34,141 bases of DNA, from contig KZ539075.1 in assembly GCA_000934665.2 (NCBI GenBank), positions 1 through 34,141 of the forward strand. The letters run 5' to 3'. The notes under the pieces were generated by a model. That model was given only the letters and a program-made list of their open reading frames with translations, did not search any database and was not told the DNA's origin. This document shows, piece by piece, positions 11,401-20,650 of the stretch; position 1 is the stretch's first letter, and each line of letters begins with the position of its first letter. The stretch is from Catajapyx aquilonaris (taxonomy: Eukaryota). Position numbers and translations under genes: made by a program.

Positions 11401-14400
11401 TCTTCATTGTTACCATTAAGAATTACTGTAGGCTAAAGTCACAAAATCAAAACATCGTCCCAGAGTTCACAGTCATACACGCTACTCTTGAAGTAAGACT
11501 ATGAGTAACTAAAAGCTACTGTGTGTTATGTAGAAACAATGAAAATCGCAATAATTAGCCGAACAGTGAAACTACATCCTACTTTTAGATGAAGATTATT
11601 TTTGAATTTCGTTTTACAAGTTTGAAAGTCTTGCCAGTTACGTATATAAGTATATGAGGCATTCCACGTCAAGAGAGACACTTTCCGACAAATCTTTGAG
11701 GACCTTGACCAAAATTTAGTGACATACATGTACTATTCATCGACCTGTGCAGGAGTCCAAATTATTATACCTCTGGGTTACGTGGTTGCATAACTACAGG
11801 GTGTCAAATGTGCCAGTTTTTGGACATTTTTGCTACGTTCGCTATGACTTAGATGGCCATATCTCCTAGAAGGTCAGGTCAAATGTAACATTTGATATGT
11901 GCATTGGAAGCGTAGTTGTACGCTCTATGAGATGGTCATATTCAACATTGAAGAATCCAAAAATTTAAAATCAAATTTGGCGCCCAAAACATTGATTTTG
12001 ATATTGGTCATGAATTGACCCCTACGATTTCTTTTGAATGGCACTAAAAATGACAAGGGAAATGTTTACTTCATTTTTCATTTTGAGTATGCCCCAGGAG
12101 ATGGTCATACTCAAAATGAAAAAATCCAAAAACTCTAAATAAAAAATGACGGCCAATTTTTGATTTTGATTTTGATCAGTAATCGACCCCTACGATTTCC
12201 TTTGAATGGCACTTAAAATGATCAGGGTAATGTTTACTTGAGATTTCCGCGAAATCTGGAGAACCCTTATTTGATAATTGCCAAGGGCCGAATTCAGAGA
12301 GGTTGCTTAACGTAAACGCGCCCGATTAAATCCTTTAGTCATCCTCGATTAGCAAAGGACCTGTTCAAGTAGCCCCGCTACCTAAACGGCAACCATCTTG
12401 CGCATCTTGTAGTGTATAATCTATGCACCTAGTTTTACGCTAAAGGCCGCTGTGTTCGCCACTGACTGTATCTTTGATGTGGTAGGGGTTGCTACCTAGC
12501 GGCCTTGGTAGGATTCAAAGCATGTTGTCACGTTGTGAACTGTTTTATTAGTTGATTTAGAGGCAGGAAAACTCGTGTGGTTTTTACCCCGTAAAAATGT
12601 TGTAAGAATATTCGTGTGAGACAAATGCCGCCTCAGGGAACCATATGCGAAATGCAAGCCCCATCGAGATATCACGCGTTTGCCCAATCGCGTATCTCTC
12701 CCTCTCTCCCTCTCCTCTCTCTCTCTCTCCCCCCTAAAAGAGAGACAGGAGCGAGGGGCGGACTCAGGATGGCGTTCGTTGGCAAAGCAAGGGCGAACTC
12801 TTTCTCCAAACTGATGAAGGTCACCCTTTAGAAGAATTCTTCCATTGAATGACTTATATTAGAGTGGCTGGACAGCAACATTTTGATCCAACTCCCCTGC
12901 GTTGCCAAGTTTCAGTGATCTGCTCCAATCTAATGACACGAATCATTGAGCCATGTGGGTGGCCTTTCTTTGCCAGGATAACCTTGAACAGGTCCTTTAA
13001 CCAACCTGCTAATACAAAGACGGCGATTAACGCTAAACGCCCCCTAATCGCACTTGCTAGCACTTTTAAATTTGCCAATCGAGGATAACTAAAGGATTTA
13101 ATCGGGCGCGTTTACGTTAAGCAACCTCTCTGAATTCGGCCCCAAATATAAAAACATTTTAGTTGCGAGACGCGTACCGTAAATGTAGTCACCTCAATCA
13201 TCAATAAAATTACTCAAATTTGTTGCGTTAAAAATTCATGCTACACATCGCGAGAATCATTATGTCTGGGCAGCCTCATTACTGAGATACACTCTTTAGC
13301 GATTTTTGCCTAATCCCTCCTGACTTTTAAATAGAATTTTCTGGTGTAACTAGCCAAAGAGGCCTTACCACATGTGGGCAACAAACCAACAAAGTCCCGC
13401 CCCCAGACCTTCCAGAGCCTTCTGACTGGGGGAGGGTTCGATGGGTGGCCTAACCGACAGGATATTTTGTACTAATTACATGTTTGCGGCCAATTATCTC
13501 AGTAATGCGGCGGCCAAACATAATGACTCCTATACTTAAATCGATCCTCTGGTGGATAGGAAGGCAGTCATATACGTCGGGTCACTGAGTTCAGATACAC
13601 CCTGTATAAAAAGTACTGTATATAAGTTATAACTACAGAGTCATCATCTATTGCTTACATGTAGACTTATCTGTAGTTATCCTTATCATCAGTCTGGTAT
13701 AATACGGCTTACAATCAGCTTGGGGAAATGAATCGGTGATTTTGAAAAGGGCAAGATTCCACTAATCCTTTTTTTTCAGGACACAAGAAAAATTGAATGT
13801 TATTTAAATGGTGCTCTCTATCCAAAATGTGATATAGCAGTTTTATTGTGAAAGTCACAGTGCATTACACCACATTCACCTGTTACCCACCCATCGCTTC
13901 ACATTGTTGCAATATGGAATTCAAAGTGTTGGAATAATGCCCTTTTCAAAATCACTGTACAATGCATATGTAAAGGAGTTGTATTGTGTACATATTATTT
14001 GGTTTCCGCCTGGGAGTTACCTTTCGCCTGCGTCAGGAGGGTCTCTGACCTGCACCAAGGAGGTGTCTGGCAACCTAACCTCCTGGGGAACAGCACATGA
14101 CCCATAGCTACGACATTGCACCTTGCACCCATGTTCCCTCCCAAAAAAATCCCAATCCTTACCCAATGTCCTTGTCTCCCTGCACCCGAGTGAAGTTAAC
14201 TTAGAAAATTGAGGGAAACTGGTGGTGTACCACCCCCCTATAGAACCCGTAAGGGTCATCACGGCTTCACGGGGTACAATCAAAAATAAAAAATAAAAAT
14301 AAAATTAGATTTGAAACGTACTCGTACAAACATGAGATGATCACAGTGTTACCAGTCCTCTTTTTCAGAGTCACTTTCTTTCTCATCAGTCTGCCAAGTC

Positions 14401-15831
14401 ACGATATCATCATAAAAGGTGATGTAGTTTGAATCTACATACTTCATCACCTTGGATATGTCTTCTAGCTTTTGAGACTTTTGAGACTTGATTGGCACCC
14501 CCCCCCCCCTTCAATGGCTGTGGTACTTGGCATTTCAGGTGGCAGTTGTACAATACCTTACGAAGCTTATAGGAGGATGAGAGTAGTCACGGAATATTGC
14601 GCTTTTCAAACTCCGTGGCATCAGTTCACCATGACCGGTGTATGGAATTATTCCGTTTACAATCTCATTTGATGCATTCCCAAGCATATGATACTTCTGC
14701 ATCAGCAGTTAATTTTGACAAAAAATGGAGTATTGCCCTTTTCAAAATCACCGATTCAAATGTTGTCTGTGCACATAGGCTACTGCTAAATGGAATGAAA
14801 TAATATGTTACACGTATACTGGTATTCCTCAAAAAGCACACTTGCTCTCGAACTTGGGTTTTCCGTATTGTTCTGTAGAGTTGATTTGATCTATTTGACC
14901 TTCCTTACATGCAAAGATACCGCCGTATTGAAAATGTTAGCCTACAGGTACTTTTTGTTATGCTACCGGTACTCTCCTACACAGGTCTATGACCAAGAAT
15001 ATCCTCTGCACATCAGGCGAACCAAGGTGGGTGATGAGAGATGGACAGGAAGGCTCATACTGGTTTTTACTTTTTTTTGTTTTTTTTGTAAGACCCCGTG
15101 ATAGGGCGGAGCCCTCTTAGGGGGGAAGGGGAGGTTCCCAAGGGAGGGCGCTGAATATTAGTCATTTCTGACTGTGAAATACACCAGACCTTTTCTGCTG
15201 GCCCTGGGCAGAGTAGGGAGTGCAATTCTGCCCCGGCATGTCGGGTGAAAAGAGGAAAAAGTTCCGACCAAGTAGAGGTGACGGGGACGGGATTTGAACC
15301 CCGACCTCCCGCTTGGCTGGCCAGCGGCGTAACCGCTAGATCACAATGCCGCCCCTACTGTGTTATTCACATGTACCAGTGAAACCTGCGTATTTCGGAA
15401 TCGCACGGGGCCCTAAAATTTCCGCTATACCCAGGGTCCGTAATGGGCAATGACAAACCCAAAGTTAACAAGCCTTTATCTCCATTGCGCAAACAAATTA
15501 GAGAAATTATTTATCATTACAATAGTGCAATGTGAATGTTGTTATGTGACAACAGGATTTGAACTTTCAGGAACACCATGAACGCTATAACACTCTACCG
15601 GTGTGTTAATGTTCCCCATATCGTTACTCAAACGACCACCTCTACTACTGTATATAGTTGTAAATGAACAAAATTATTATTTCCAATAAGGCACTCACAC
15701 TGCTATGTGGAGGGCGTTTGTTCTAATAATTCCACAACATATAGGCCTATCACCTGCATCAGTATTTTATCCTTTACAGGTGTTTGTTCGTGCTTCAACA
15801 GCAGAGGGAAATGACTCAGCAATCTCACTGA
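971..15831 (+). CDS. SLC46-family (proton-coupled folate/heme transporter-like) MFS transporter, 8 coding exons: 971-1354, 2659-3035, 5159-5412, 7561-7662, 7757-7894, 9997-10077, 11108-11264, 15780-15831 (514 aa)
   Basis: Exons join in frame across GT-AG introns (phases 0,2,1,1,1,1,2) and total 1545 nt with no internal stop. SLC46 family motifs: VTVEPVAFMY, LLLEKACRVNLNY, FLGPWTDRHGRK, YSFITDVS..RT.R, DFFD, YMFTR..LNW, SRSMATKIV...EIG, GPLYTEIY...FPGAFFL. The exact orthologue cannot be assigned by eye. Confidence 0.92.
1791..2130 (+). mobile_element. tRNA-derived SINE, full length
   Basis: A box TGGCCGAGATGG, B box GGTTCAATCCC, (AAAT)n tail. Degenerate TSD ATAATATTGCCTT (1778-1790) vs ATATTATTGCTTT (2131-2143). 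Confidence 0.88.
2659..3035 (+). CDS. SLC46-like exon 2 (VSAGILEW...GILHK)
   Basis: Branch-like ACTAAC and tttttacag acceptor. GPWTDRHGRK MFS motif A. Donor AA|GTTAGT. Confidence 0.92.
3105..4105. mobile_element. pogo/Tigger-like MITE interrupted by a nested MITE
   Basis: TA|CAGTAAAACTTCTA...TAGAAGTTTTACTG|TA. Internal repeats of TTCGA(C/G)TTAG/TA(G)GGAAG. The left TIR is split at its TA by the 3119-3556 element. Confidence 0.8.
3119..3556. mobile_element. Tc1/mariner-type MITE (438 bp, ~115-bp imperfect TIRs)
   Basis: TA|CAGGGTGTATCAAAACTCTACCG ... CGGTAGAGTTTTGATACACCCTG|TA. Short internal tandem repeats (GTGACAATCT). Confidence 0.88.
4115..4864. mobile_element. Non-autonomous hAT element (750 bp)
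   Basis: TIR T(C/A)GAGTCC(G/T)GA(C/T)TTTTAGGCA. Perfect 8-bp TSD ATTATCAC at 4107-4114 and 4865-4872. Subterminal TAGGCA repeats. Confidence 0.85.
5159..5412 (+). CDS. SLC46-like exon 3 (SLGFPWVF...FFPYAG)
   Basis: tttgcag acceptor, G|GTAAGT donor, DFFD loop motif. Confidence 0.92.
5462..5602. mobile_element. 141-bp MITE with 8-bp TSD (hAT/P-type)
   Basis: Perfect 16-bp TIR CAAGGGGGTAACCACT. TSD ACGAGGGT at 5454-5461 and 5603-5610. Five internal GGTACTCC repeats. Confidence 0.88.
5757..6435 (+). pseudogene. Tc1/mariner transposase relic
   Basis: Frameshifted pieces: HTH1 (LALSDAGYSESKIV..ASKACVQSVLKR), HTH2 (TQRHIASRVGESVAT..VNRII), IPVKSPDASPMNFCGF (equivalent of the WPxxSPDLNP[D/E] motif) and C-terminal ACREEWDAID...RCRAIVRNQGKHIE. 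Most of the catalytic core is deleted. Confidence 0.82.
6548..7200 (-). mobile_element. PIF/Harbinger-ISL2EU-like non-autonomous element with a THAP-domain relic
   Basis: Imperfect TIRs (GAGCCTTTTAACG.. / ..CGGCTAAAAGGTCC) and inverted subterminal GGC(C)GCCATGTTGGTTGGG motifs, flanked by AT on both sides. The minus strand at ~6934-7080 reads SFRFQIDVEGRARLLAAVRR..KSW*PTKHRLICGAH, a THAP-like FP..R..W...R..W.P....IC..HF pattern. Confidence 0.68.
7561..7662 (+). CDS. SLC46-like exon 4 (GEGPLMYMFTRTRLNW...AMIG)
   Basis: cttttttcag acceptor, G|GTAAAA donor, 102 nt. Not in the ORF track. Confidence 0.9.
7757..7894 (+). CDS. SLC46-like exon 5 (GTLFVSGVLS...WQMFV)
   Basis: caacag acceptor, G|GTATGT donor, 138 nt. 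Confidence 0.9.
8658..9668. mobile_element. 1011-bp foldback MITE with ~480-bp inverted arms (Tc1/mariner-type ends)
   Basis: TA|CAGGGTGGACGGAAAGTTTCGGACCCC ... GGGGTCCGAAACTTTCCGTCCACCCTG|TA. Arms ~8658-9135 and ~9207-9668 are highly similar reverse complements. Confidence 0.92.
9997..10077 (+). CDS. SLC46-like exon 6 (ASLAEMCNG...KDEIG)
   Basis: ttttgtttctag acceptor, G|GTGAGT donor, 81 nt, RSMATKIV..DEIG motif. Confidence 0.9.
10219..10341. repeat. ~123-bp hairpin (~52-bp arms), probable tiny MITE
   Basis: CCTATGTCCAAAACTAGTAA...GCATGCCCTGCACTAATC pairs with GATTAGTGCAGGGCATGC...TTACTAGTTTTGGGCATAGG. Confidence 0.8.
10538..11040. mobile_element. Kolobok-type MITE (503 bp)
   Basis: TTAA on both sides (10534-10537, 11041-11044). 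26-bp TIR GG(C/G)GGCGCAGTA(G/C)CAAAAATACGGTA. GG..CC termini fit Kolobok rather than piggyBac (CCC..GGG). Confidence 0.78.
11108..11264 (+). CDS. SLC46-like exon 7 (GQTNAFITCIESL...PYVLL)
   Basis: atttcag acceptor, TT|GTAAGT donor, P.Y..IY..TL..FPGAFFL motif. Confidence 0.9.
11271..11398. repeat. Compound microsatellite (ATA)n(GAT)n
   Basis: About 20 ATA units followed by about 22 GAT units, starting immediately after the GTAAGT donor of exon 7. Confidence 0.97.
11797..12240. mobile_element. Left part of a Tc1/mariner-type element with a ~169-bp internal tandem duplication
   Basis: TA|CAGGGTGTC end at 11797. 11929-12071 is repeated at 12098-12239 (GAGATGGTCATA...GACCCCTACGATTTC...AATGTTTACTT). 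No matching right TIR found. Confidence 0.55.
12285..13142. mobile_element. PIF/Harbinger-type MITE (858 bp)
   Basis: ~72-bp TIR starting GGGCCGAATTCAGAGAGGTTGCTTAACG. 3-bp TSD CAA at 12282-12284 and 13143-13145. Confidence 0.88.
13254..13604. mobile_element. 5'-truncated Tc1/mariner-type MITE, same family as 1-91
   Basis: Right end ...GATACACCCTG|TA. Inner part of the left TIR (TCATTATGTCTGGGCAGCCTCATTACTGAGATA) retained at ~13257-13289. Confidence 0.75.
13730..14757. mobile_element. Sola-type non-autonomous element (1028 bp) carrying a truncated SINE
   Basis: Perfect 25-bp TIR GAATCGGTGATTTTGAAAAGGGCAA. TSD AAAT at 13726-13729 and 14758-14761. An extra right-TIR-like copy at ~13931-13957. 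Confidence 0.82.
14006..14304 (+). mobile_element. 5'-truncated SINE of the 1791-2130 family
   Basis: Collinear with ~1857-2130 (GGAGGGTCTCTGACCTGCACC...GGAGGTGTCTGGCAACCTAACCTC). Lacks the A/B boxes. Has an (AAAAT)n tail. Confidence 0.88.
15064..15356 (-). mobile_element. tRNA-derived SINE, minus strand, different body
   Basis: Reverse complement reads TGATCTAGCGG (A-box-like) and GGTTCAAATCCC (B box), and ends CCCTATCACGGGG + A-rich tail as in the 1791 SINE. Confidence 0.8.
15780..15831 (+). CDS. SLC46-like terminal exon 8 (LCLFVLQQQREMTQQSH*)
   Basis: Strong acceptor ttttatcctttacag. Phase 2 completes the last TM helix. TGA at 15829-15831. AATAAA at 16023-16028. Confidence 0.7.
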
Positions 15832-15864
15832 CACAAACTAGGGTGTATTGATCAGTGTTTGGTT

Positions 15865-16545
15865 TACACCTGTCTCAAAGTCAACTGACCGTCCGTAGAC
15901 AAGGCTCTTCCTCCCTCCATCTTATGCGAGTACTTCTTCTCAAAGAACTTGACATAACTGGAATGTCAAGACAATCACAACCATTTTTTTGCTCTAATGG
16001 TGTATAGTTTATGTAAAATGAAAATAAAGAAAGTCGGCCGGATTGATCCCATCCTGCAGGATCCTCACTTTGAAAATTTGGCTTGCATAGTTTCCTGCTG
16101 CTATACTATAGTGAATTTTGATTGTCTCTTCTAGAATTTGCCCCCTCGTTCATGATTAGCAGGGAGACACTACCCTCTCGCCATTTTCGTATGAGTTGGG
16201 GTTCTACAACGTCTACATTCGTCGCGTTCGAGGGGTGGTTCTCTGCTCTTTCTTTGCTGACCCTCATTCTTCTTTTGTTTTTGACTCCAGGTCCTTCATT
16301 TCCTCTGAGCCCACTTCTTCCTCTGGCTTTGTCCAGGAGTCTTCATTTGTGTCTAACAAACGATCTTCCTCATTTGGGATTAAGCTATATATGAGGCTCT
16401 ACCATAATATTGCTCTGGCTACAAACTCTTGGACAGTTTTTAGGCAAGCCACAGTGAGGAGCAAAATTCGTGTTTCCCCCGAAGGTGCAACCCGGAGCAA
16501 CAGGGAAATTGTTTTTGGATTATTATCGGTAGGTCAATAGGCCAT
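15865..16545 (-). pseudogene. Copy A of an unidentified gene family (degenerate)
   Basis: 16542-16264 translates AY*PTDNNPKTISLL..SGET.ILLL.VACL..VQ...IPNEE...EDS.T..EEEVGSEE...KTKEE*, collinear with copy B. Two in-frame stops. Nucleotide similarity to 23790-24930 continues down to ~15870. Confidence 0.6.
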
Positions 16546-17108
16546 CGACAAATCCACTGGTGTTGTCACTTGCCTTCGCTCACTATGCCACCATAGTCAC
16601 AGACTCACGGTCCAAACTCCTACTATACGCCTACTATTGTTCCGCAGCACACAACTCTTCAAGCAGCAGAAAACGCTGAACAAGGTGGGGTTGTGCCAAT
16701 TCAATAGTTAGCAAAACAAAATGCAAATTTGGCATAATCAGACAAACAGTACGTATGAGGAACACTGGATCTGCGAGACCGGAAACTGACTCAGTCAGTC
16801 ATATGTGATGCTACCCATAGAGGGCGAGGGAAGAGTCATGAAAAGGTACCAGACGCTCTTTTCAAAGTAATTCCGAATTTCTGCAGTCACATGCTTTTTT
16901 ATCGGATGACTTTGCAAGCAGATTTCACATTATTTCACAACATATAATACTCCTCCTATTAGGCCTATATGTGAATCGAAAAATGTGGTTGTAAAACTGC
17001 AGTCAGACTTGCTCGGAGCCCGCTAAGAGCCATGGCCGGACAGTATGTGAATGTAAAAGGAAATGGGAGAGGCGCAACCGGGGAGAGGGAGGGCGGAAGG
17101 GAGAGTCG

Positions 17109-17290
17109 TGATTGATGGATGTCAGGCCTCAATTAGAGACGAATGGAGCGTGTCCATCGGCCCTAAGCGCCAATTAATGAGCGCAATTAACACCCTTTGT
17201 AGGCACTTGGGCCTAATGAGCCGTAAATCCCCCTTTTCCCTCTCCCTAATTCCCACCATATTCATCTGGCGCTCCCTTAACGCTTGCCTC
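17109..17290. promoter_or_regulatory. Enhancer-like cluster of homeodomain sites with a Pbx/Exd-Hox-Hth-like composite
   Basis: TGATTGAT and TGATGGAT (17109-17120) abut TGTCA. At least five TAAT/ATTA cores follow within ~110 bp in GC-rich non-repetitive sequence. Motif evidence only. Confidence 0.4.
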
Positions 17291-17410
17291 AATGAATGAA
17301 GTTGTCCATACAGCCAGCCTCTCAACACTGCACCGTATTTCTCCCCCTCCCCTCCTTCCCTGCCTCTTTAAGACCTTAACCGTAACCCATAAGCGAATTG
17401 GTAGTATGTA

Positions 17411-17554
17411 CTATGGGGCTCAAATAAATTGTTTTTGCCACTTTATCCTAGTCTTGAAGCAACCCTTCGCACAGGCCCTACGGTGAGGCACGGTGTGTGT
17501 GAAGGGTTGCTGCAAGACCAGGGTAAAGTGGCCAAAACAATTTGAGCCCCATAG
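17411..17554. mobile_element. Palindromic MITE (~144 bp, ~60-bp arms)
   Basis: TA|CTATGGGGCTCAAA...TTTGAGCCCCATAG|TA. A half copy lies at ~20295-20343. Confidence 0.8.
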
Positions 17555-18983
17555 TATGTTGGTCTGGAAGGCTCCAGGCCTCTACCTGCAGCGAAGACGA
17601 ACGGAGGAAGTCTGGAGGAGGTGGGAGGGATGGAAGAAGGAAGAAGATAAAAAGAAGGCAGGCAGGCAGACAAAGGGATTGCAAGCGAGAAAATAGACTG
17701 CTGGCCCCTTCCGTTTTTCCAAAAAGCCGACTACTTTTGATGCGGCCAGTCCATTTGAGCAGGCTGCTTGCCTTGCCTCCTTGCACAGCCCCATTAACTT
17801 TCCAAAAGATGGAATGTGTGCTTGCTTGCTTTGGCTGGACCCATCTCACATCTATCGTGATGGCGCCTGCAGGCACAAAATCCCTCCCCGCCTTCCCCCA
17901 CAATTCTCCCCCGCCCGCCAGCCACGACGCGGCGTCCCTCCCTTCCATCCAGCAGCCTGATAACTAAATCCGTCTCCCTGGGTCCCTCCCTCCCTCCCTC
18001 TCTCCCTCTCCGAAAAGGGGTGGGTGGCGAACAAAGGCCTGCTTTCAGCTCCATTCGCTCTGTGGTGCTGGAAACAAAGTCCGGACCACCATTACTCAGA
18101 GCCAAAGCCTTCTCCCGTTTCCACACTATAAATCTGAAGCAGCGGCGCCAACCACCACCCTGCGCACATCCATATACACTTACTTACTTTCAACCGCCCC
18201 CTCGCCCGCCTCTATCCCAAAAAAGGAGCCAGGGGGTGGGGGCAGCTAGGGAATAAAGAGAGAAAAAGAGAGAGAGAAAAAGGAAAGGTCGGGATAAAGA
18301 GAAGGCGCCCGTCCGTCCGGAAATGAGGACCGAAAGGCCAAGCTCTCCCAGCCCAGGACTTACTTTTCTTCTTTCTTTTCTTTTATTCTGCCACTTTTCT
18401 CTTTCATGTCCTTTACTCCTTATAAACAACCCCCATTTCGACCCTTTCCAGTCTCGGTAGAGAAGACTTTTTTTAAGCCTTGCTGGATGCTTGCAGGAGA
18501 AAACTTTGCACGGGAAACCATGGAGAAGTATAAGTATAAGAAGGGGGGAAAAAGCCGCTAATACAATAGCATAGGCCGATAAGTGCGGTCAAATCAAAGT
18601 CAAAAGTAAGAAAACTTGTTAAGGTTATTTCTTAGGGGTTCCATGCTTCCATCTTCTTTATTCGAAAGTATGAACAGAGGAAACACAATAACGAAGTGCC
18701 TTAAGCCGATTCCTCTTCCTCTATTTTATCCCTTCAGTTTTCATGTTTATTTGTTTAATATGATAGGAAATGATTTATTAATCGCGACTATTCGTGCTTT
18801 TAGCACTGGAACTAATCATCAATTGTGTTAAAACGAAACTGCCTCTAGCTTTCGTGGTTGGAAAAAGTAGCGCCATAACGCAAGGTATACATACAGTATC
18901 ATATAATATGTTACCGGTACTCTTTACACAGTGTTTCTATTATAACTCAACTCAATAAAGCAAATTATAATAAAAGGCAAAGC

Positions 18984-19011
18984 TTGTTTGTTTGTTTGTT
19001 TGTTTGTTTGT
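18984..19011. repeat. (TTTG)n microsatellite
   Basis: Direct reading. Confidence 0.9.
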
Positions 19012-19035
19012 CCCCTTTTATAACAATTTCATATC

Positions 19036-19545
19036 AATTTCGTACCAATATATAGTTGGGTAAAGGCCAAAGTTTGTACACATCCAGGTTTGGTTACGAT
19101 GGCAAGCGGTTACTATGGTACCAACAACGATGGATTGTTGTTGATTACATTACAGTAGGCCTACAAGGTTTGGGTCTTCCTTTTCCTGTTTGCATGCCGC
19201 TTGTCATGTATTTCCAAAGGTACACTCTCCCATCCCCACTTTTCAGATCGTCAAGTTGGACAGAAGAACATCCTGTATCATATTGTTCTAGAAATAAACC
19301 GACTGGACCATTCAATGGACGTCTCAATGTAAGGACTGTACTAGTAGTATCCTGGACTACATCTAGTTACGTCCTGTGCACAGGACCTAACTAGATGTAG
19401 TCCAAATGCAACTATTCTGTACAGAACCTGACAGATGTAGATCCACATCATAAACTGTTGTGTTTGCTGAGGAAATACTGGAAACTCTAATACACTGTAT
19501 CACCCATCAAGGAACAGACAGCAGAGATAGTGTATTTTTAAAGTA
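19036..19545 (-). pseudogene. Possible degenerate three-exon relic of a secreted PI-PLC X-domain-like gene
   Basis: Phase-consistent GT-AG exons (..-19428, 19335-19165, 19112-..) give ..SANTTVYDVDLHLS/VLTLRRPLNGPVGLFLEQY...GRPKP/LTACHRNQTWM, then after a frameshift TLAFTQLYIGT. This resembles, from memory, the insect PLCXD pattern VGLF...C...PTWM...L..L.IPGTHD. Confidence 0.3.
19353..19404. repeat. 52-bp spacerless palindrome
   Basis: TGGACTACATCTAGTTACGTCCTGTG|CACAGGACCTAACTAGATGTAGTCCA, one mismatch. Confidence 0.92.
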
Positions 19546-20345
19546 TACAGTACCGTATATTTGGTACAATACCGGTATATTGGGGATTTTGAAAGGGCAC
19601 CTAAAGTACAAGTTCTGGATGTGGAGTGAGTAACATTAAGCAAGTTGCATATCGGCGCCCGATGACATTATACAACAAGCACAGGGGCCCACAAGATATT
19701 TCTCCTCAAAGAAAACATGAAGATTATAGTTAAGGTGTCAAAGGCGTTAGGTTTTGACGAGAATATACGCTCTTACAGTAAGTGTTTTTCTTCCGTGTAT
19801 CTGATGTGCCTTGAAAAATCGGACCCAAAAGCAAATTGCAATTCATGAATAATTCAATCCGAATCGAGCGAGACACCCCTAAATCTTCTGGACTGCACAT
19901 TTTGAAGCACATCATTAATCACCCACGATTGGCCTTGAGCCTCTACTTTACGAACTTTAGACTACACTTAAGAGTGTAGGTCTCTCCATCGCATCTGAAT
20001 CCCGGACGTGCAGTTTTCCAATATACGAGTAAGTTGACTGAACAGGGCTGAACGTGTGCCACCTATGCACCGTCTGGAAGAAATACACCAATCAGGACCA
20101 CATTCATGTATTCCTCGCCCTCTATCTTGATCTTCCTTCCTACAAGGTTCCGATTGTTACATTTTTAAATGATGCAATTAAACCATTATGTTTCCTTCCC
20201 TTCCCCGGTCCGACATCAATGGTGTAATATAGGCTACAGAAGGCTAACATAAGGTCAACCCTGCAAAAAAGCTCAGGGAGAAGGCACAGAAGCGTACTAT
20301 GGGGCTCAAATAGTTTTGGCCACTTTATCCTGGTCTTGAAGCATA

Positions 20346-20650
20346 CTGGGACAAGATAACTCATTCGTTTTGGGAGGTGGCTTGTGACCTTGGCAACCAT
20401 CATTAAGCCCCACCCCCTACCGGTCCACCAATCAGGATTCAATTTCAACGTAGATTGGCGTTATGTTCTAAAACCTCAAGAATGATATGAGTTTGTTTAC
20501 ATTAACGCAATTGGTAACCAAGCAGGGGGGAAATATTTCCCCACCAATCGTTCTAAATTCCATACAAAAAACTCATCTGGGGGCGGGGCTAATTATGGTT
20601 GCCAAGGTCACAAGCCACCTCCCAAAACGAATGAGTTATCTTGTCCCTAG
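20346..20650. mobile_element. MITE (~305 bp, ~70-bp TIRs), TA-flanked
   Basis: GGGACAAGATAACTCATTCGTTTTGGGAGGTGGCTTGTGACCTTGGCAACCAT and its perfect reverse complement at ~20595-20647. Abuts a half copy of the 17411 MITE. Confidence 0.85.

Noticed and set aside
10992..11504. 170-aa ORF with poly-I/poly-D, and the antisense poly-S/poly-I ORF
   Set aside because: Artefact of the (ATA)n(GAT)n microsatellite. The real exon 7 is in another frame.
14539..14580. Alternative SLC46 last exon after catttcag
   Set aside because: Lies inside a TIR/TSD-bounded element. The 15780 exon has a stronger acceptor and a better TM-ending sequence.
15377..15445. pogo-like left end CAGTGAAACCTGCG
   Set aside because: No matching right TIR or TSD found, so boundaries cannot be supported.
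16262..16285. Programmed -1 ribosomal frameshift in the unidentified gene family
   Set aside because: The required shift differs between copies (-1 in A, +1 in B) and there is no conserved slippery heptamer. Independent decay is simpler.
17443..18429. Many overlapping 60-156 aa ORFs on both strands
   Set aside because: Expected in GC-rich, low-complexity purine/pyrimidine tracts. No protein-like features.
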